64,000 bases of DNA from the human T2T-CHM13v2.0 reference genome, Homo sapiens (GCF_009914755.1 NC_060932.1); one strand, 5' to 3'; numbered from the stretch's first letter, positions 1-15,579 are shown. Notes: generated by a model not told the origin, from the sequence alone. Numbers and translations: made by a program.

Positions 1-1171
1 GCAAATTCTCGCTGCTTTCATGTCACCACTCCTATGGAAACAGAAATTCTATTTCCACAGAAAAGTCACTGTTCTGTGATTAAGCAAAACGGTGGTAGAT
101 ACCATGATTCAAGGGACAGGGGGGCATTCTATTCTGCATAAAGATGGGTCACGAATTCTAAATAAGTGTCCCCAGAGAAAGCAATCTGGGGCTCTAGGAA
201 AGGTGGAGCCTCTGCCCTGACCCCGCCTTCGCCACTCTTATTTTCTAGACAGCAGAGTTCAGCATAGTGTGGGATTCTCCTGAATCTCATTCAAGGCATC
301 TGGTCAGGAGTGTAGGTGAAAGACCCACTAGCTCCCCGGGATGTGCCTGAGCTCACAGAGCGTGAAGGCAGGGGGTGTGGAGGGCTGGCTGCAGAGCTGG
401 GGCTGGCTGGCTGTAGGGCCTGGCTCTCTTTCCAAGGTTCTAGAGGTGGGGTCCACTCGAGGGTGAAGGGCCCCCATTTCTTGCCTTCCACTGGTCTCAA
501 GTGGCTGGGGCAAAAAAGTGAGCCCAAATTTCACAAGTTACCAACAGAGTAACCTAAAGATGACCCTTCAGTGGCCCCTGAGCGTGGAGGCCACAACGGG
601 AGGGAAGTCCTTGGGGCTGAGCCCGGCTACTTCCAGGTGGAAACAGGAACTTCGGCCGCATTCTGCTCAGGACCCAGAGTCAATGCTGCAGCCACTGCTC
701 GCCCGACTAGGACATTTTTGCTCTTCCAAATGCACTTCCATTCTAGTTTCCTACAACACAGGCTTCTAGCTAAAAAGATTTTGAGCTCATGATGTTACTG
801 TTCTGTGGATTAGGTAAAGAAATGTACTTCTATGAATGTAAATGATCAATACTCTATTAATCTTTCATCACAATTATTAGTAAGCTGCAAAACCTCGCCA
901 GCTCTGTCCCCCCTAGAACTGGCCTTGGGGTCACACTTTCACTTTAATCACACTCTGGCCTCCCATGTCCACCGTACAGTCAGAAGTCGTTTTGGCCACC
1001 AACAGTTCAGTGTTTCCGCAAGTCTCTTTGTGGCAACTGCCTCTGAGAACTGTGTCCTGTTGACCAAGCTGAGCTTCTCAGTGAACCACCAGGCCTGAGC
1101 TCAACACTTGAAACAAGTCCATTTTCTCCTGGTGGAGACTGCACAGCGTGGTGGGATTTCACCTTACCCTT

Positions 1172-1534
1172 TGATATGGTTTGGCTGTGTCCCCACCCAA
1201 ATCTCATCTTGAATTGTAGTTCCCATAATTCCCACATGTTGTGGGAGGGACCCGGTGGGAGGTATTGAATCATGGGGGTGGTTCTTTCCCATGCTGTTCT
1301 TGTGATAGTAAATAAGTCTTACGAGATCTGATGGTTCTATAAAGGGGAGTTCCCCTGCACATGTTCTCTTGCCTGCCGCCATGTAAGATGTGCCTTTGCT
1401 CTCCTTTGCCTTCTGCCATGATTGTGGGGTCTCCCCAGCCATGTGGAACTGTGAGTCCATTAAACCTCTTTTTCTTAATAAATTACCCAGTCTCGGGTAT
1501 GTCTTTATTAGCAGCATGAGAACACACTAATACA
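1172..1534 (+). mobile_element. THE1B (MaLR) solo LTR, full length
   Basis: Starts TGATATGGTTTGGCTGTGTCCCCACCCAAATCTCATC and ends ...CTAATACA, matching the THE1B consensus as I recall it. Perfect 5-bp TSD CCCTT at 1167-1171 and 1535-1539. Confidence 0.93.
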
Positions 1535-3145
1535 CCCTTGGTCCTGCCCACTAGTGACTTTTTGTAGGCAATTAACAAGCCTTTAGTCCTAATCCAAAGA
1601 GGCCTGATGACTTGGGAATGTCAGAAGTAGGAAATGTATGCCCCTAGCATCCAATCCTATAGAGGGGAGGGGTCCTTGGTGCCCCCAACCTGCCAGCTGT
1701 GAGATTTCTAATCCTCCCTTTGCTGACTGTGCAATTGCCCTATTTTTCTAGAAAAGGCTACTCTGGCCCATTGCTGATTGTCTATGACCCCATGGGGTCT
1801 AAGTTACTCACTGTAACTGTCCCCAGAGAAAACAGGCTGGGGCTGTAGGAAAGGTGGGAGCTCTGCCACCTTGATGTAACCTCAGAGCTGGTCCCTTCCT
1901 CCTCAGGTCACCATGCTCACTCCTGCTGCCCAGGTCTCAAAGACAGCCTACACCACCCACTCCCTGGCTTAGCACCATCCCCTGCCCTCTGTCTCTGCTG
2001 CCTGGGCCTCTGGATTCCCCTGCACCCCAGGCTCACTGTGTGCTGAGCGTCCCACCGTCCCACCAGCACCTCAGCCGGCCCTTCTCCAAATAAGGAACAA
2101 CATTTTCTTTTCTAGTGATAAGAATAAATCATTTCATTGAAAATAGGAAATACCAAAAAGTAAAAAGAGGAAACTAAAAATCACCCATAATCTATCACAT
2201 CCTAAACATGATTTACATTTTGATGCATTTGCTTAGTCTTTTTTCTTTGCACATGAATAATACATGTTTTCCCAGAACTGGAATTATACCATGCATAATA
2301 TTTTGTACCCTTCATTTTTTTTTCTAGCCTTGTCGTAACAATAAACATTCTGCTCTTATCCTTGGATCTCCATGTGAGTTTTCAAATTCCCCTCTCCTCC
2401 CCTCCATCCATCTAAATCTTTCCCTGCCTTTAATTCTCCATCCCGTAAAGCCTTGCCTAATAATTCTGGTCTGTATGTATGTTCCTGTCAATATGTTTAG
2501 CCTTTGCTGCACAGATTGCATAATTCACTGCTTGATCTATTGTCTTTTCTAATGACTTTGAGAATTGGTTTTCTGTTGCTGGTAATAATATAAGCCCTTA
2601 ATAATCAGCAACCTTGTCTTACACATAGTAGTGCTCAGTAATATTTGCTGATTTTCAGATTGCTTCACATTATTTGAGCTCCATATTCCCCTACCCTTTT
2701 TTTGTTTCTATGCAAAAGTGAAAATTCTCAGACAAGGTTGCTGGGAGCCAGGAATAAATACCCATCTAATGGTAGCAACACTTGTAAGAAAAGTACAGGA
2801 CTCACATCTTGCGTTTTCCTAATCCAGCCTTTCCCCTTGCTGGTGTGAATGAGATGTATGCCTCCGCCAGAGGAGCTGGCCAAGATGCACCCACACAGGA
2901 CTGCGAGCGTCTTAGACTGCTCTCTGAGTTGGAATTTAGGGCCTGAATTAGTCAAGCATCAAATGAAGAAATAATGAGATGCAAACTCTCCACATACTAT
3001 CTTCACAGCTTTAAAATAAAACAAAATGTAATGGCCTTTAAAAGGAAATGTAGGTTAGACAGGATTGCAAGTTAACTACAGTTATTTTATAATATTAAAG
3101 TAATAAAAGGTATTTTTTGACCTGGTTTTACAAAGGCTATTTCTT

Positions 3146-3510
3146 CACACACATACACACACACACTCTAATACCTACCCATCTCCACACACATCCCCTC
3201 ATATATACACACTCACACTCACACGCACACCCACTCACTCACACACATCCACACACACGCATACATACACCCACTCACACACCCCACACACATGCTCACG
3301 CCCACACACATGCACACTCACGCACACACCCACATACACACACGCACTCACACATGCACACACGCATACATACACCCACTCACACACCCCACACACATGC
3401 TCACGCCCACACATGCACACTCACGTGCACACACCCACATACACACACGCACTCACACATGCATACACAGATACACACCGCCCCCGCCCCCCAACCCCCG
3501 ACACACACAC
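3146..3510. repeat. CA-rich low-complexity tract with an internal ~105-bp tandem duplication
   Basis: Alternating CA/CAT/CGC tract. The unit starting CACGCATACATACACCCACTCACAC occurs at 3256 and again at 3361. Confidence 0.9.
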
Positions 3511-3589
3511 CCTTGCCCAAGCAATAAAGAGGAAGCCCCCACTGTTTGCAACTCTCCTATTAAAACAGACTAAGATCATTCAGGGTTCA

Positions 3590-4700
3590 GCCCCGCCCCA
3601 GGGCCGCGAGCGCTCAGGGATTTTGATTCCAGACCCTGGGCACCAGGTTGGAATCAAAATGATGGAGTTCCCGGTCGGTCCTCCAGTGCTGAATGTTTAA
3701 TTTCCTATGAAAGGCTGCGAGCTAGAGGAGGAAGCAGGAACACCCAGCGCCGTTCCCGCCCATCCTCCCGCTCCGCCCCGCTCCGCCCGTGCTGGGCTGT
3801 GGCCTCCACACCCAGCAGCCGCCCTGGGCCGCCTTCCTTCGTCTGTGCGTGCAGCGCCGCCTCCTTCAGCTTAGGCCCGACACTCCATGAACTCTCATTT
3901 TCCACCTTCTCCGTCTCCAGCTTCCAAGCTGCACAGGGCCAGGCCGAGGTACGTGATGGCGGGCACTGAATTACAGATCCCGTCTGTGGCCGCCAGCCTC
4001 TGTGTCCTGCCACCTCCTCCGAGAGGACATCACCGCCACCAGGTGGAGCGAGTCTCCTCCTCGGCGCTCCAACCACGTGCTGTTTATTACTCTGTGGGGA
4101 TTCCCATACCGAGGCCTCTTCAGTTCCTGGAACAGTAGCACTAAAAGGCTCCTGAGTGCCTCTGTTAATTTGATTGTTCTGGTTCGCACTACAATGACCG
4201 GGCTGGAGAGGGGGCGCTCGTAATGAAACAGGAACTGCTCCTCGCGCCCGCTCCAGAGTCCTTTACATCTTTGGGGAGAGGGCATACGGGGAGCTACATT
4301 TCATTTTCCTGAAGATTTTCCACGCGAAAGTGCTGGGGAGAGAGTTGGGCCTGGGAGGCTGTGCCTTCTTCCCGCGAATCCCGAAAACTGCGCGGCAAAG
4401 GCGGGTTCCGCAGAAGTCGCGCGTGACCCGGGGCGCCGCCCTCCTCGGGGCCCATTCGGATCTGCCGCCCGTCCTCTCCAGAGCGCCCCCTGGCGCCCTC
4501 TAGGCCATCTTGATTCCACCGCCGCTGTTGAAAGAATTAATAAATAAATCCTAGTCTCGCGTCTAGACCGGTCCGTGAGGGTCCCCTGCTCACCGGACAC
4601 CCTGCCGCAATCTCTGCTGTCCCATTCTGGCCTCCCTACGGGGACGGGGGCCACCGTTTGCACATCAGCGGCGTTTGGGACAGCACTGTGCAAGATCTGT
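3590..4700. promoter_or_regulatory. CpG island 1 / probable promoter
   Basis: High GC and CpG density. GC boxes CCCCGCCCC (~3482, ~3591) and CTCCGCCCCGCTCCGCCC (3771-3788). Splice donor GAG|GTACGT at 3948/3949. Confidence 0.85.
4480..4498 (-). promoter_or_regulatory. CTCF core motif (strong match)
   Basis: Minus strand reads GGGCGCCAGGGGGCGCTCT, close to the CTCF core CCASYAGRKGGCRS. Confidence 0.65.
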
Positions 4701-5171
4701 GACTCGGCTTTCAGAAGCTTCTGCCACAAGGCTTCAAAGGAAACCTTCAATTTTCACATTTCCTAGGGGGAAAAAAAATCTGAGATTTCTTCTTGTGGCT
4801 TGATGAACTTAGCTTTCGTCGCTGGAACAAAACCCGAGGAACAGCGTCTTCGCCACCCTTGCCACCTTACTGATGTTTCTCAGGGGGCACATGCCCATCG
4901 CAACCTTATGACCAATCCCATTTTTCAGATGCAGAAAGAGGCTCAGAGAGGTTAAGTGCTACTTGCTCAAGGCCACAGCAGGGAGTGGAGCTGGATTCGC
5001 TCCCAGGCAACTGACCCCAGCGTGCAGTCGATGCCTTCTCCTAGTCCCACTCACCGTGTAAGACCTGGTATTTACAAATTAGATTCTCGTTGTGCTTCTC
5101 CATTGGAAGGGCACTAGGGGAGCTCATTGTCTAAGACTGCCATCCCTAACTGCCTTTTAAAAAGAAATCTG

Positions 5172-5583
<412 letters not shown>

Positions 5584-6651
5584 CTAAATAATGATTTGGT
5601 GAATCTAATGTTGAGCCTGCAGTAATCCAACTAGAAACACCCACTCAGCCACTCGGGCATACCTTTTATTTGGGCAAGGGGCACTGCAGTTCTCTGGGCA
5701 GGAGTCAGCTAGGAGAGACCAATAGATGCCCCCACCCCAGGCTCCTAGACCCATCTCCAGGACCAAACAGCCAAAGCCCCTCTTCTTTTCTTCAAAATAC
5801 ACACATTTCTAGAAATTCTCTGCAAAATACATAGGCTACTAGATAAGCACCCAGTTTCCCTCTGGGGTCATTTGTTCCCGAATGAGGCTTATTAAAAGAG
5901 GAAACTATTTTTAAGCTAAATCATCAATCAAAAGTATTCTTCATTCTGGTATATGGCTGCTTTCCACAGATGATAAAATCCCGTCAACTTGATCCAAAGA
6001 AAAAATGACCTACATAACAATGACAGCATGAATAACAATTAATCCTCCACTGAAATGTTCAAAAGCTAGAATTGTGGTAAAGCCAAGATTCCCAGGGAGT
6101 GTCAGGAACTGCTCTCTTGATTCTAAGCTTGAAGCAGGTAAAGAAAAGGTTGTCTGGGACTAGGGCTTTCGGGGATAGGACCCAAATCCCAAGGCAAAGG
6201 GAGTCAGAAGCGAGTAAGAAAAGCAAACAGCTCCTACCTACCCAGTGCCAAAGAAACGCAGACACCAGTTCTGTGTCGGTTCTGCTTGAAAAGGTCTGAG
6301 AAGAATAATTTGGTAGATGAATCATTGAAGAATAATTTTGCAGACAGCTCCATCAAGCCAAATGCCCAGCGTGAGGGCTGTGTGTATAATACTGTCATAA
6401 CCTTTGAAGATAGATTCTGTTCATCAACACGGCTGTTTACATAATCACTTGGTCACCTCACCAAATGGATTAATCTTTTTGGTCACATTCCTTATCAGTG
6501 CATGGAGAGGCTAATTGTTGGTGGCCCAATGTGTCCCATAAACGGATCCCATGAGAATAAGCTTGCAGCAACAGATGATGAAGGGAACTGAGATACAGAC
6601 GAAAGCACAGCGGCCTGGGAGACAGGAGACGAGGCTCCGCCTGGACCTTGA

Positions 6652-7720
<1,069 letters not shown>

Positions 7721-8219
7721 AAATCAAGCCCAGATCCTGCAAGACATTATGGCTCCCCACCAGAAGGGGAGAGACGGGGAAAGAGAAGTGTCCCCAAAGT
7801 TAACCCACGTTCCCTGGGACCCACCTCCCTCCCCACTGCCACTTCCCACCAGCCTCACGCACGGGCCAGGCCCTTCCCTTTGCAGCTCACAGCCCAGCAG
7901 ATGTTAGGTCAGAATGCGTCCCCTCACTTGACTAAAGGTTTACAGCCAGCAGGGTGGAAATGAACCAGATATTAACACCCCCTCCTCCATGCCCTGCCCA
8001 CCTTCTGGCCAGTACCAGTGAAGCAGAAGCCACTCTCCCACCCCCAGGCTGTCCCAAAGCCCTGAAGACCCAAGAAAGCAGAGCCAAGTGGAGTGACCCT
8101 GATACCAGGGCCAGCTGCCCAGTCCCCTGTAGCTGGGGAGGACCCCCTCTTCTTGTGAGGCAGACACTGGGAGTGACCCCTCCCTGCAAGGGAGATTTCT
8201 CATCCCCCAGGGTTCCCAG

Positions 8220-8349
8220 AGGGTTCCCAGAGGAAATACAGGATACCCAATACATTTGAATTTCAGATAAAAAATAAATAACGTTCTGATACAAGTCTGT
8301 CCTGTGCAATATTTGTATGTGTTTTTATTTGCTAAATCTGGCAACTCTG
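8220..8349. mobile_element. MER53 (hAT MITE), internally deleted
   Basis: AGGGTTCCCAGAGGAAATACAGGATACCCA...TTTGAATTTCAGATAAA ... TTTATTTGCTAAATCTGGCAACTCT, resembling the MER53 terminal inverted repeats. Confidence 0.75.
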
Positions 8350-10596
8350 TCCCCACCCACAGGGGCATGCCTATGGTCACCACACCAGAAGGTAATCCAT
8401 TACATCTCAGTAACTGTAGATCCATACACCCAGATAATTTGCTTCTTGGCTCATCTCCTGGGAATTAGAGAACTGGGTCTGTTAGCCAAACTCTCAAGAC
8501 ACCTGCCCCAAAACAACCTGGGGTGCTGAGGAAGGGGCACAAAAGGCAAACAGCATGCCCTCTCCAACTCCCACCCCTACCACAATCTGAGCTTAGAAGC
8601 CAGATGTGGGTGGCGTGGGAGGGAAAGGCACACCAGCCTGAGCACCTCTTTCTGAGCAGGCTGTGTGGAGCGAGGCCCCAGGCCCATCCCGGGCCTCCCT
8701 CCAGCACCCATCAGACCCTCTCAGAGGACACAGGGATCACCCCTAGAGACCCCTAGATAGACTCTGCACCCAGCCCAGCCTCCCAGGTCTCCCCCAGTCA
8801 CCCCTGGTGGCCCACAGGGATTTCTTCACCTTCCAAGTGCCCCGTGGTGATAGCAGGTGTCTGGGGGTGGTGAAACCCACGGGTCTGTGCAATGTAGGGA
8901 AGGGGGTGGTGCCTCCTTTCTGGGGCTTTTTATTTTGCCATTAACAAAGGAAAAATCTGTCCAGAATTTATATTAAAAGCTCCAGCAGATGCTAAGCAGC
9001 TGGTCTCCATCTGCAAGGTTGATGCAACAAGGATAAACGGAAGCGTGGGGATTTAGGTTAGCTTAGACATGGGAAAGGGAGTTGTGAAAAGAAAGAAAGC
9101 CGAAGATGGGAATGGTCACCGTACAAGTCTAGGACATCTCCTTGTCCCTGGGTGTCCCAAAGATGGGCTAGAGTTTGCCTGATGAAGGGCCCTATCCATT
9201 CATCAGTGAACAGGCAGTTATTAGGCACCACTGTGTTCCGGGCTCTGTGTTGGTGCTGTGGCTGCTAAGATGTGTACAGAACAATCCTGGCACTCAAGGA
9301 GGTCGTGTTCTAGGGGACAGCCACCACCACAACGGGGCAAGCATACAGCAGAGTACAGGAATCCTGGAGCGCTGAGGAGCTGCAGGATTGGACTAAGAGC
9401 CCCGAGGCCATGCCTGACACTAGTATGAAAGGAAAAGCAGAGGTCAGCCAGGAAGAGGCTGCGGAGGGACGGGGTTTCAGGCAGAGGGCCCTGCGTGGAT
9501 AAAGGCATGGAGGTGAGAAACCGCTGGAGTACATGGGGAACATGGTGTGGCTTGGGTGTGACATCAGAGGGTGAGAGGGCACCAGATGGAGGCCTAGCAT
9601 GATCAGCAGGGGGTTTCCCCCTGTCCCAAGCAGCTGGAGGGCTCCCAGCAGGTCAGAGCCACAGGGTCCTCCATGCATTTTGGAAAGGTCACTCCAGCAG
9701 GAGGAGGGTGGCTGTTCAGGAGGCTGTCCAGGCTCTGGCTGCCGAGGCCTCCACATAGGCCATGGCCACGGGGCAGAAAGCAGGGGTAGGATTGAGAAAA
9801 CCTGGAGGCAATGCCAGCAGACTCGGGAGAATAACAGGATGTGGGAGGTGAGGAAGAGGCAGGAGAAGATGAGCTTCAGGTTCCCAACACCAGCAAGCTG
9901 GCTAGGAGCAGGCAAATGACGCGGCGCCCATGTCGGAGGCAGCACTGGGGTTTTGTTCTTGCAAACCCCTGGCTCATGCCGAAGACCTGCCTCGGCCGGT
10001 CAAACCCCATCCCTAAACCCAGGACACAAGTCACCACAGAGCCTGCCCTGTGGTCTCCAGCCTGGCCTGGCCTCTCCGCAGCGTTTCAGCCACAGTTGCA
10101 CAGGTGCGGCTGGACCTGGACCTGCTGAGGGAGGTTCTCAGGGTCCGGAGCTGGCCTTAGGTGGTCACCATAGTGAGATCCTGAAGGCTTCGAAGAGGCC
10201 ACAAGAAGTACAGGAATATAGCCCAGTCTTAGCGGAGGCCATGCAGCAGATGGGGCCCTGGGGAGGGATTCCGGAGCACCTGGTCCCATGCTGGGGCTCA
10301 GCATCGCTGTCTGTCCAGGGATGAGCATGCAAAGGCCACATCCTGCTGGGTCTAAGCTCTGGATCCTGTTGAGGACAGAACTCAGCAAATACAGCTCAGT
10401 GCTGCCGCCTACTGCTCACCTCTTGCCATTACACACTCAGTGCGGGGATCATCCCCGCTGCCCGGGAGAAGCTGGAGGGGCAGGGTCCTGACCCAGAATG
10501 GACATCATCCTGCCCCAGAACGGCTAAAGGACCTCACGAGGCTTCCCTACAACTCACTGTCTGATTTGAAGGCAGCGAGATGGCGCTTAGGAATTA

Positions 10597-11009
<413 letters not shown>

Positions 11010-11149
11010 GCTAGCAGGCGTATATTCTGCAAAGACCTTCGGGCCGAGGCTGCAGTCACCTTGTTACAGAGGCTTCCGCAGAAAACATCCAGGTTTTGAG
11101 GGGGCGAGGGGAGGAGCGGGGAGCAGGGGATGCTGCTGCCAGCAGAGCC

Positions 11150-11320
11150 CACACTGGCCGCAGGGCTGCTTCTGTGCAGCCTGCACCAAGAATGGTTTTT
11201 ACATTTTTAAATAGTTGAGAAAAGGATTCAAAGACAGAAGAATAGATGCAACCTAGAACATGTGGTCCTCAGAGTCTGAAATATTTACTATGTGGTCTTT
11301 GGCAGAAGTGTGCTGCCTCC
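11150..11320 (+). mobile_element. MER58-family hAT-Charlie relic
   Basis: AAGAATGGTTTTTACATTTTTAAATAGTTG ... CTGAAATATTTACTATGTGGTCTTT. Confidence 0.75.
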
Positions 11321-12162
11321 CAGCCTACACAATGGCCCAGACATCTGTCACCTGAGATGGTTGTTCAGGGTCAGGCACATTGTCACGGAGAAGCCTGCAG
11401 TGTCGCCCCGCCTGGGAGGACCCTCAGGCCCAGCACAAGCTCCCAGAGTCTCCCATAGGCCCCACCAGGGAGGGGAGAGGGCAGGGGAAGAGGCAGGGTA
11501 GCCGGAAGGACCACGGCTCAGGTCTGATCTGCTGGTCTGCAAGCCTCTCTCTGGGCCGTGTCCAGCACAGATGTTCAGGTCGGGGTGGCGATGCTTCCCC
11601 TGGAACTCTCAGGGACGACACAGCTGTCAGAGGCCCCAGCAAGTCACTTCAGCCACTCTGGGAGACTCCAACTAGGCCGGAAGTCCCCCAGAACCCACAG
11701 CATCTCACGGGACGTGCCAGAGTGGCCTCCTTCTTGCTGCAGATCCCGTCGCAACAAAATGCTGCCGACTGCTCAGTATTTTCATTCACAACCCAAAGAA
11801 AAAACACCCCTCCATGCTTGCTGTTTGAGGGGAGAGGAAGTCATTCGTCACATACATTCATTGAGCAAGGTTTCCATTCTCCAGAGATTTCTTGCTCTGT
11901 CTCCTGTCTGCAATAGCAGGGACCATGTGACTAGAGAGGAGGAACTCATTGTGGCTGCAGGCACCCTGCTGTGAGCACAGCCGTGCTGGGCCCTTCCTTG
12001 ACACCGCCCAGCAATGTGGCCGGGCTCCCGGTCCCCCTCCCCTGAGGTGGTGGTGGGCTCCTAGACCAAGTTCCATTCTTCAGTGCCCTGGCTTCCAACC
12101 GGCGAAAACTCAGCCCGGGCTAAGGACCATGAGGGCAGGGGCCTCTCAAAAGGAGGGTAAGA

Positions 12163-12460
12163 GGTGGATGCAGTGGCTCACACCTGTAATTGCTGTGCTT
12201 TAGTAGGCTTTGCTTGGGGCCAGGAGTTCAACACCAGCCTGGGCAACATAGTGAGACTCCTGTCTCTATAAAAAAAAAATTTTGTTTTAATTAGCCAGGC
12301 ATAGTGGCACACACCTGTAATCCCAGCCACTCAAGAGGCTGAGGCAGGAGGATCACTTGAGCCCAGGAGTGGAAGGCTGCAGTGAGCTATGATTGCACCA
12401 CTGCACTCCAGCCTGGGCAACAGAGTAAGAAGCTATCTCTGGGGAAAAAAAAAAAAAAAA
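12163..12460 (+). mobile_element. AluJ SINE
   Basis: AluJ diagnostics (GGAGGATCACTTGAGCCCAGGAG, GTGAGCTATGAT); flanking direct repeat CAAAAGGAGGGTAAGAG(GT) at 12147 and 12461. Confidence 0.93.
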
Positions 12461-13039
12461 CAAAAGGAGGGTAAGAGGTTTCCAAGGCATTGCGCAGAGC
12501 ATGGGCCTGGGGTCCTGGTCTGTGGTCAGCAGTTGTGTGACGTCCCCCCAAGGGCAATGAGCATTGGTTAAATGAGATAAAACCAGCAAAACGTCCATTG
12601 AGAGAAGATCCTCAATAAATGTGTCTTTCCCGTACATTTCCTTAACTGGTAAAATGGAGATAATATCATCAACCCCTTTCTCACAGAGTAATTTTAAGTC
12701 TCAGGTGAGACAAAGAATGCAGGAGAGCTTTATAGCTATAATCTCTATAGTCACACCTTCATCCAGCACTTACTAGGTGCCACTCACAAACTCAGTTCCG
12801 GGACAAAAGTGAACAAAGACAGAAGCAGTCCCTGCCCTGGTGTACATTTCAGTCTACTTTTCATAACGAAAGATGGTGTGTTTTTTATTACTTGCGCTGT
12901 GGTCCTTTTGCTCAGGAGTTGGGGGGGAAACACACTGACACATGGGCTTCCTAGTCCACCATTAGTGACCTCCTGATCCAAGGATGGTTATTTGAACATT
13001 CATTTCTCCACCTGTCAAATGGGATATTTGCGAAAATTA

Positions 13040-13400
<361 letters not shown>

Positions 13401-13629
13401 TGTTAATTTAATGGGATGACACCTGGTGAACACCGTAAGCTCATTCACCTGAATGGCCAAGGCTGCAGGGCAGGCTCTGGCCACCTGAGTTTTAGAGGAG
13501 GGGTAACTGGACCTCAGACATCACCTCCTCCACACACCCATCTTCTCCTGCCATTTGTGGTCCCTCCCTGGCCCCCTCACCAGTGCCTACAAAGACAGTG
13601 CTCACAGACATGTTAATAACATAAATTGC

Positions 13630-13820
13630 CACTGTTTATTGAGCATTTTACATGCTCCAGACACCCATCCCCTCACTTTATCCTCACACTGAGGATACTG
13701 GAGGTACTATTGTTATCCTTTTTTACAGATGGGGAAAGCGGGGCACAGAAAGGTTTGGTGAATTGCCCAAGATCACACAGCTGGTGTGAGGGTGGCCAGG
13801 ATTTGAAGGCTAGTCCATCT
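13630..13820 (-). mobile_element. MIR SINE relic
   Basis: TTTATTGAGCA...TTTTACAGATGGGGAAAGCGGGGCACAGAAAGG...TTGCCCAAGATCACACAGCT core. Confidence 0.75.
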
Positions 13821-13945
13821 GAGGACATCTGAAGTTAATGGTTTCCACGCTGTAGGACCTGAATAACCTGGATGGCCAGGAGCCCAGGGTATTTGTAAAA
13901 CATGCTCTACTAGTAAAGCTAACATTTATTAATAGTAAGCACTTA

Positions 13946-14649
<704 letters not shown>

Positions 14650-15204
14650 TTAGTAGCCATGCTGCAGAAAGAGAAATTCACCTGTCTCCTCCATGTGTCA
14701 GTAACTTCCAGTTAAAACTGGTGCTTTTATATAATAATGATGGGAGCTAGGTAGATAGTACTGACCCTGTGCCAGGCATGATCTGAGGACTCTGCATGCA
14801 TTAACTAAGATGGGACCAACTGTTATCCTTACTTCATCTGAGATAAGGAAACCCAGTCACTTAGCCAGGTTCCCTGGCTGTTGGTGGCAGATCTGGGATA
14901 TAAACCCACTCTCCGCCCACTCATTACACCTGCCTAAGCTGCAGTGGGCTCAGAGGCCATTGTGAAGCAGACACAGCAGACCCTTTTGTCCTCAGAAAAC
15001 TGTGAAACAGTGTTTAGCAGGAAACAGGCTTGGCCTCCCCGAGGCCCTAGAGATGATTTTCATATCTTTGGAAGGCACATATCGGTGGGATAAAAATTCC
15101 TTTGCAGAAACATTGCCCAGGAAAGTGTATTCAGCCCCAAATCCTCACCCACTGTGGGACTTCATCCGCTTCACCAATGACTTATGACAACCACCTCAGC
15201 CAAA

Positions 15205-15545
15205 ATGACATTCCAGAAAACAAGGGGTCATCTGTCAAGGTGGCCAAAGACAAGGAAAATCTGAGACACCGTCACAGCCAAAAGGAACCTAAAGAGGCAT
15301 GACAACTAAATGTCATGTGGCATCCTGGATGGGACCCTAGGACAGCAAAAGGACATGAGGAAAAATATAAGGAAATCCGAATAATGTATGGACGTCTAGT
15401 TAATAAAACTGTATCAACACTGGTTCATTCATTACAACAAATGAAGCATACTCATGGAAGATGTTACCAATAGAGAAACTGTGCATGGGGCTTATGGGAG
15501 CTCTCTGTACAAGCTTTGCAATTTTTCTATAGATTTAAACTTGTT
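15205..15545 (+). mobile_element. L1MC3/4-type 3' end
   Basis: GGCATGACAACTAAATGTCATGTGGCATCCTGGATGGGACCCT...CTCTCTGTACAAGCTTTGCAATTTTTCT; a short remainder appears after the 7SL copy (~15864-15890). Confidence 0.8.
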
Positions 15546-15579
15546 TTTTTTTTCTTTTAAAATTATTTTTATTTTTTAA

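Noticed and set aside
3117-3700. His/Thr-rich ORFs
   Set aside because: Translations of the CA-rich simple repeat; the same applies at 49244-49638.
6300-6355. Imperfect 28-bp tandem duplication beginning GAAGAATAATTT
   Set aside because: Two diverged copies only; ordinary slippage, not an array.
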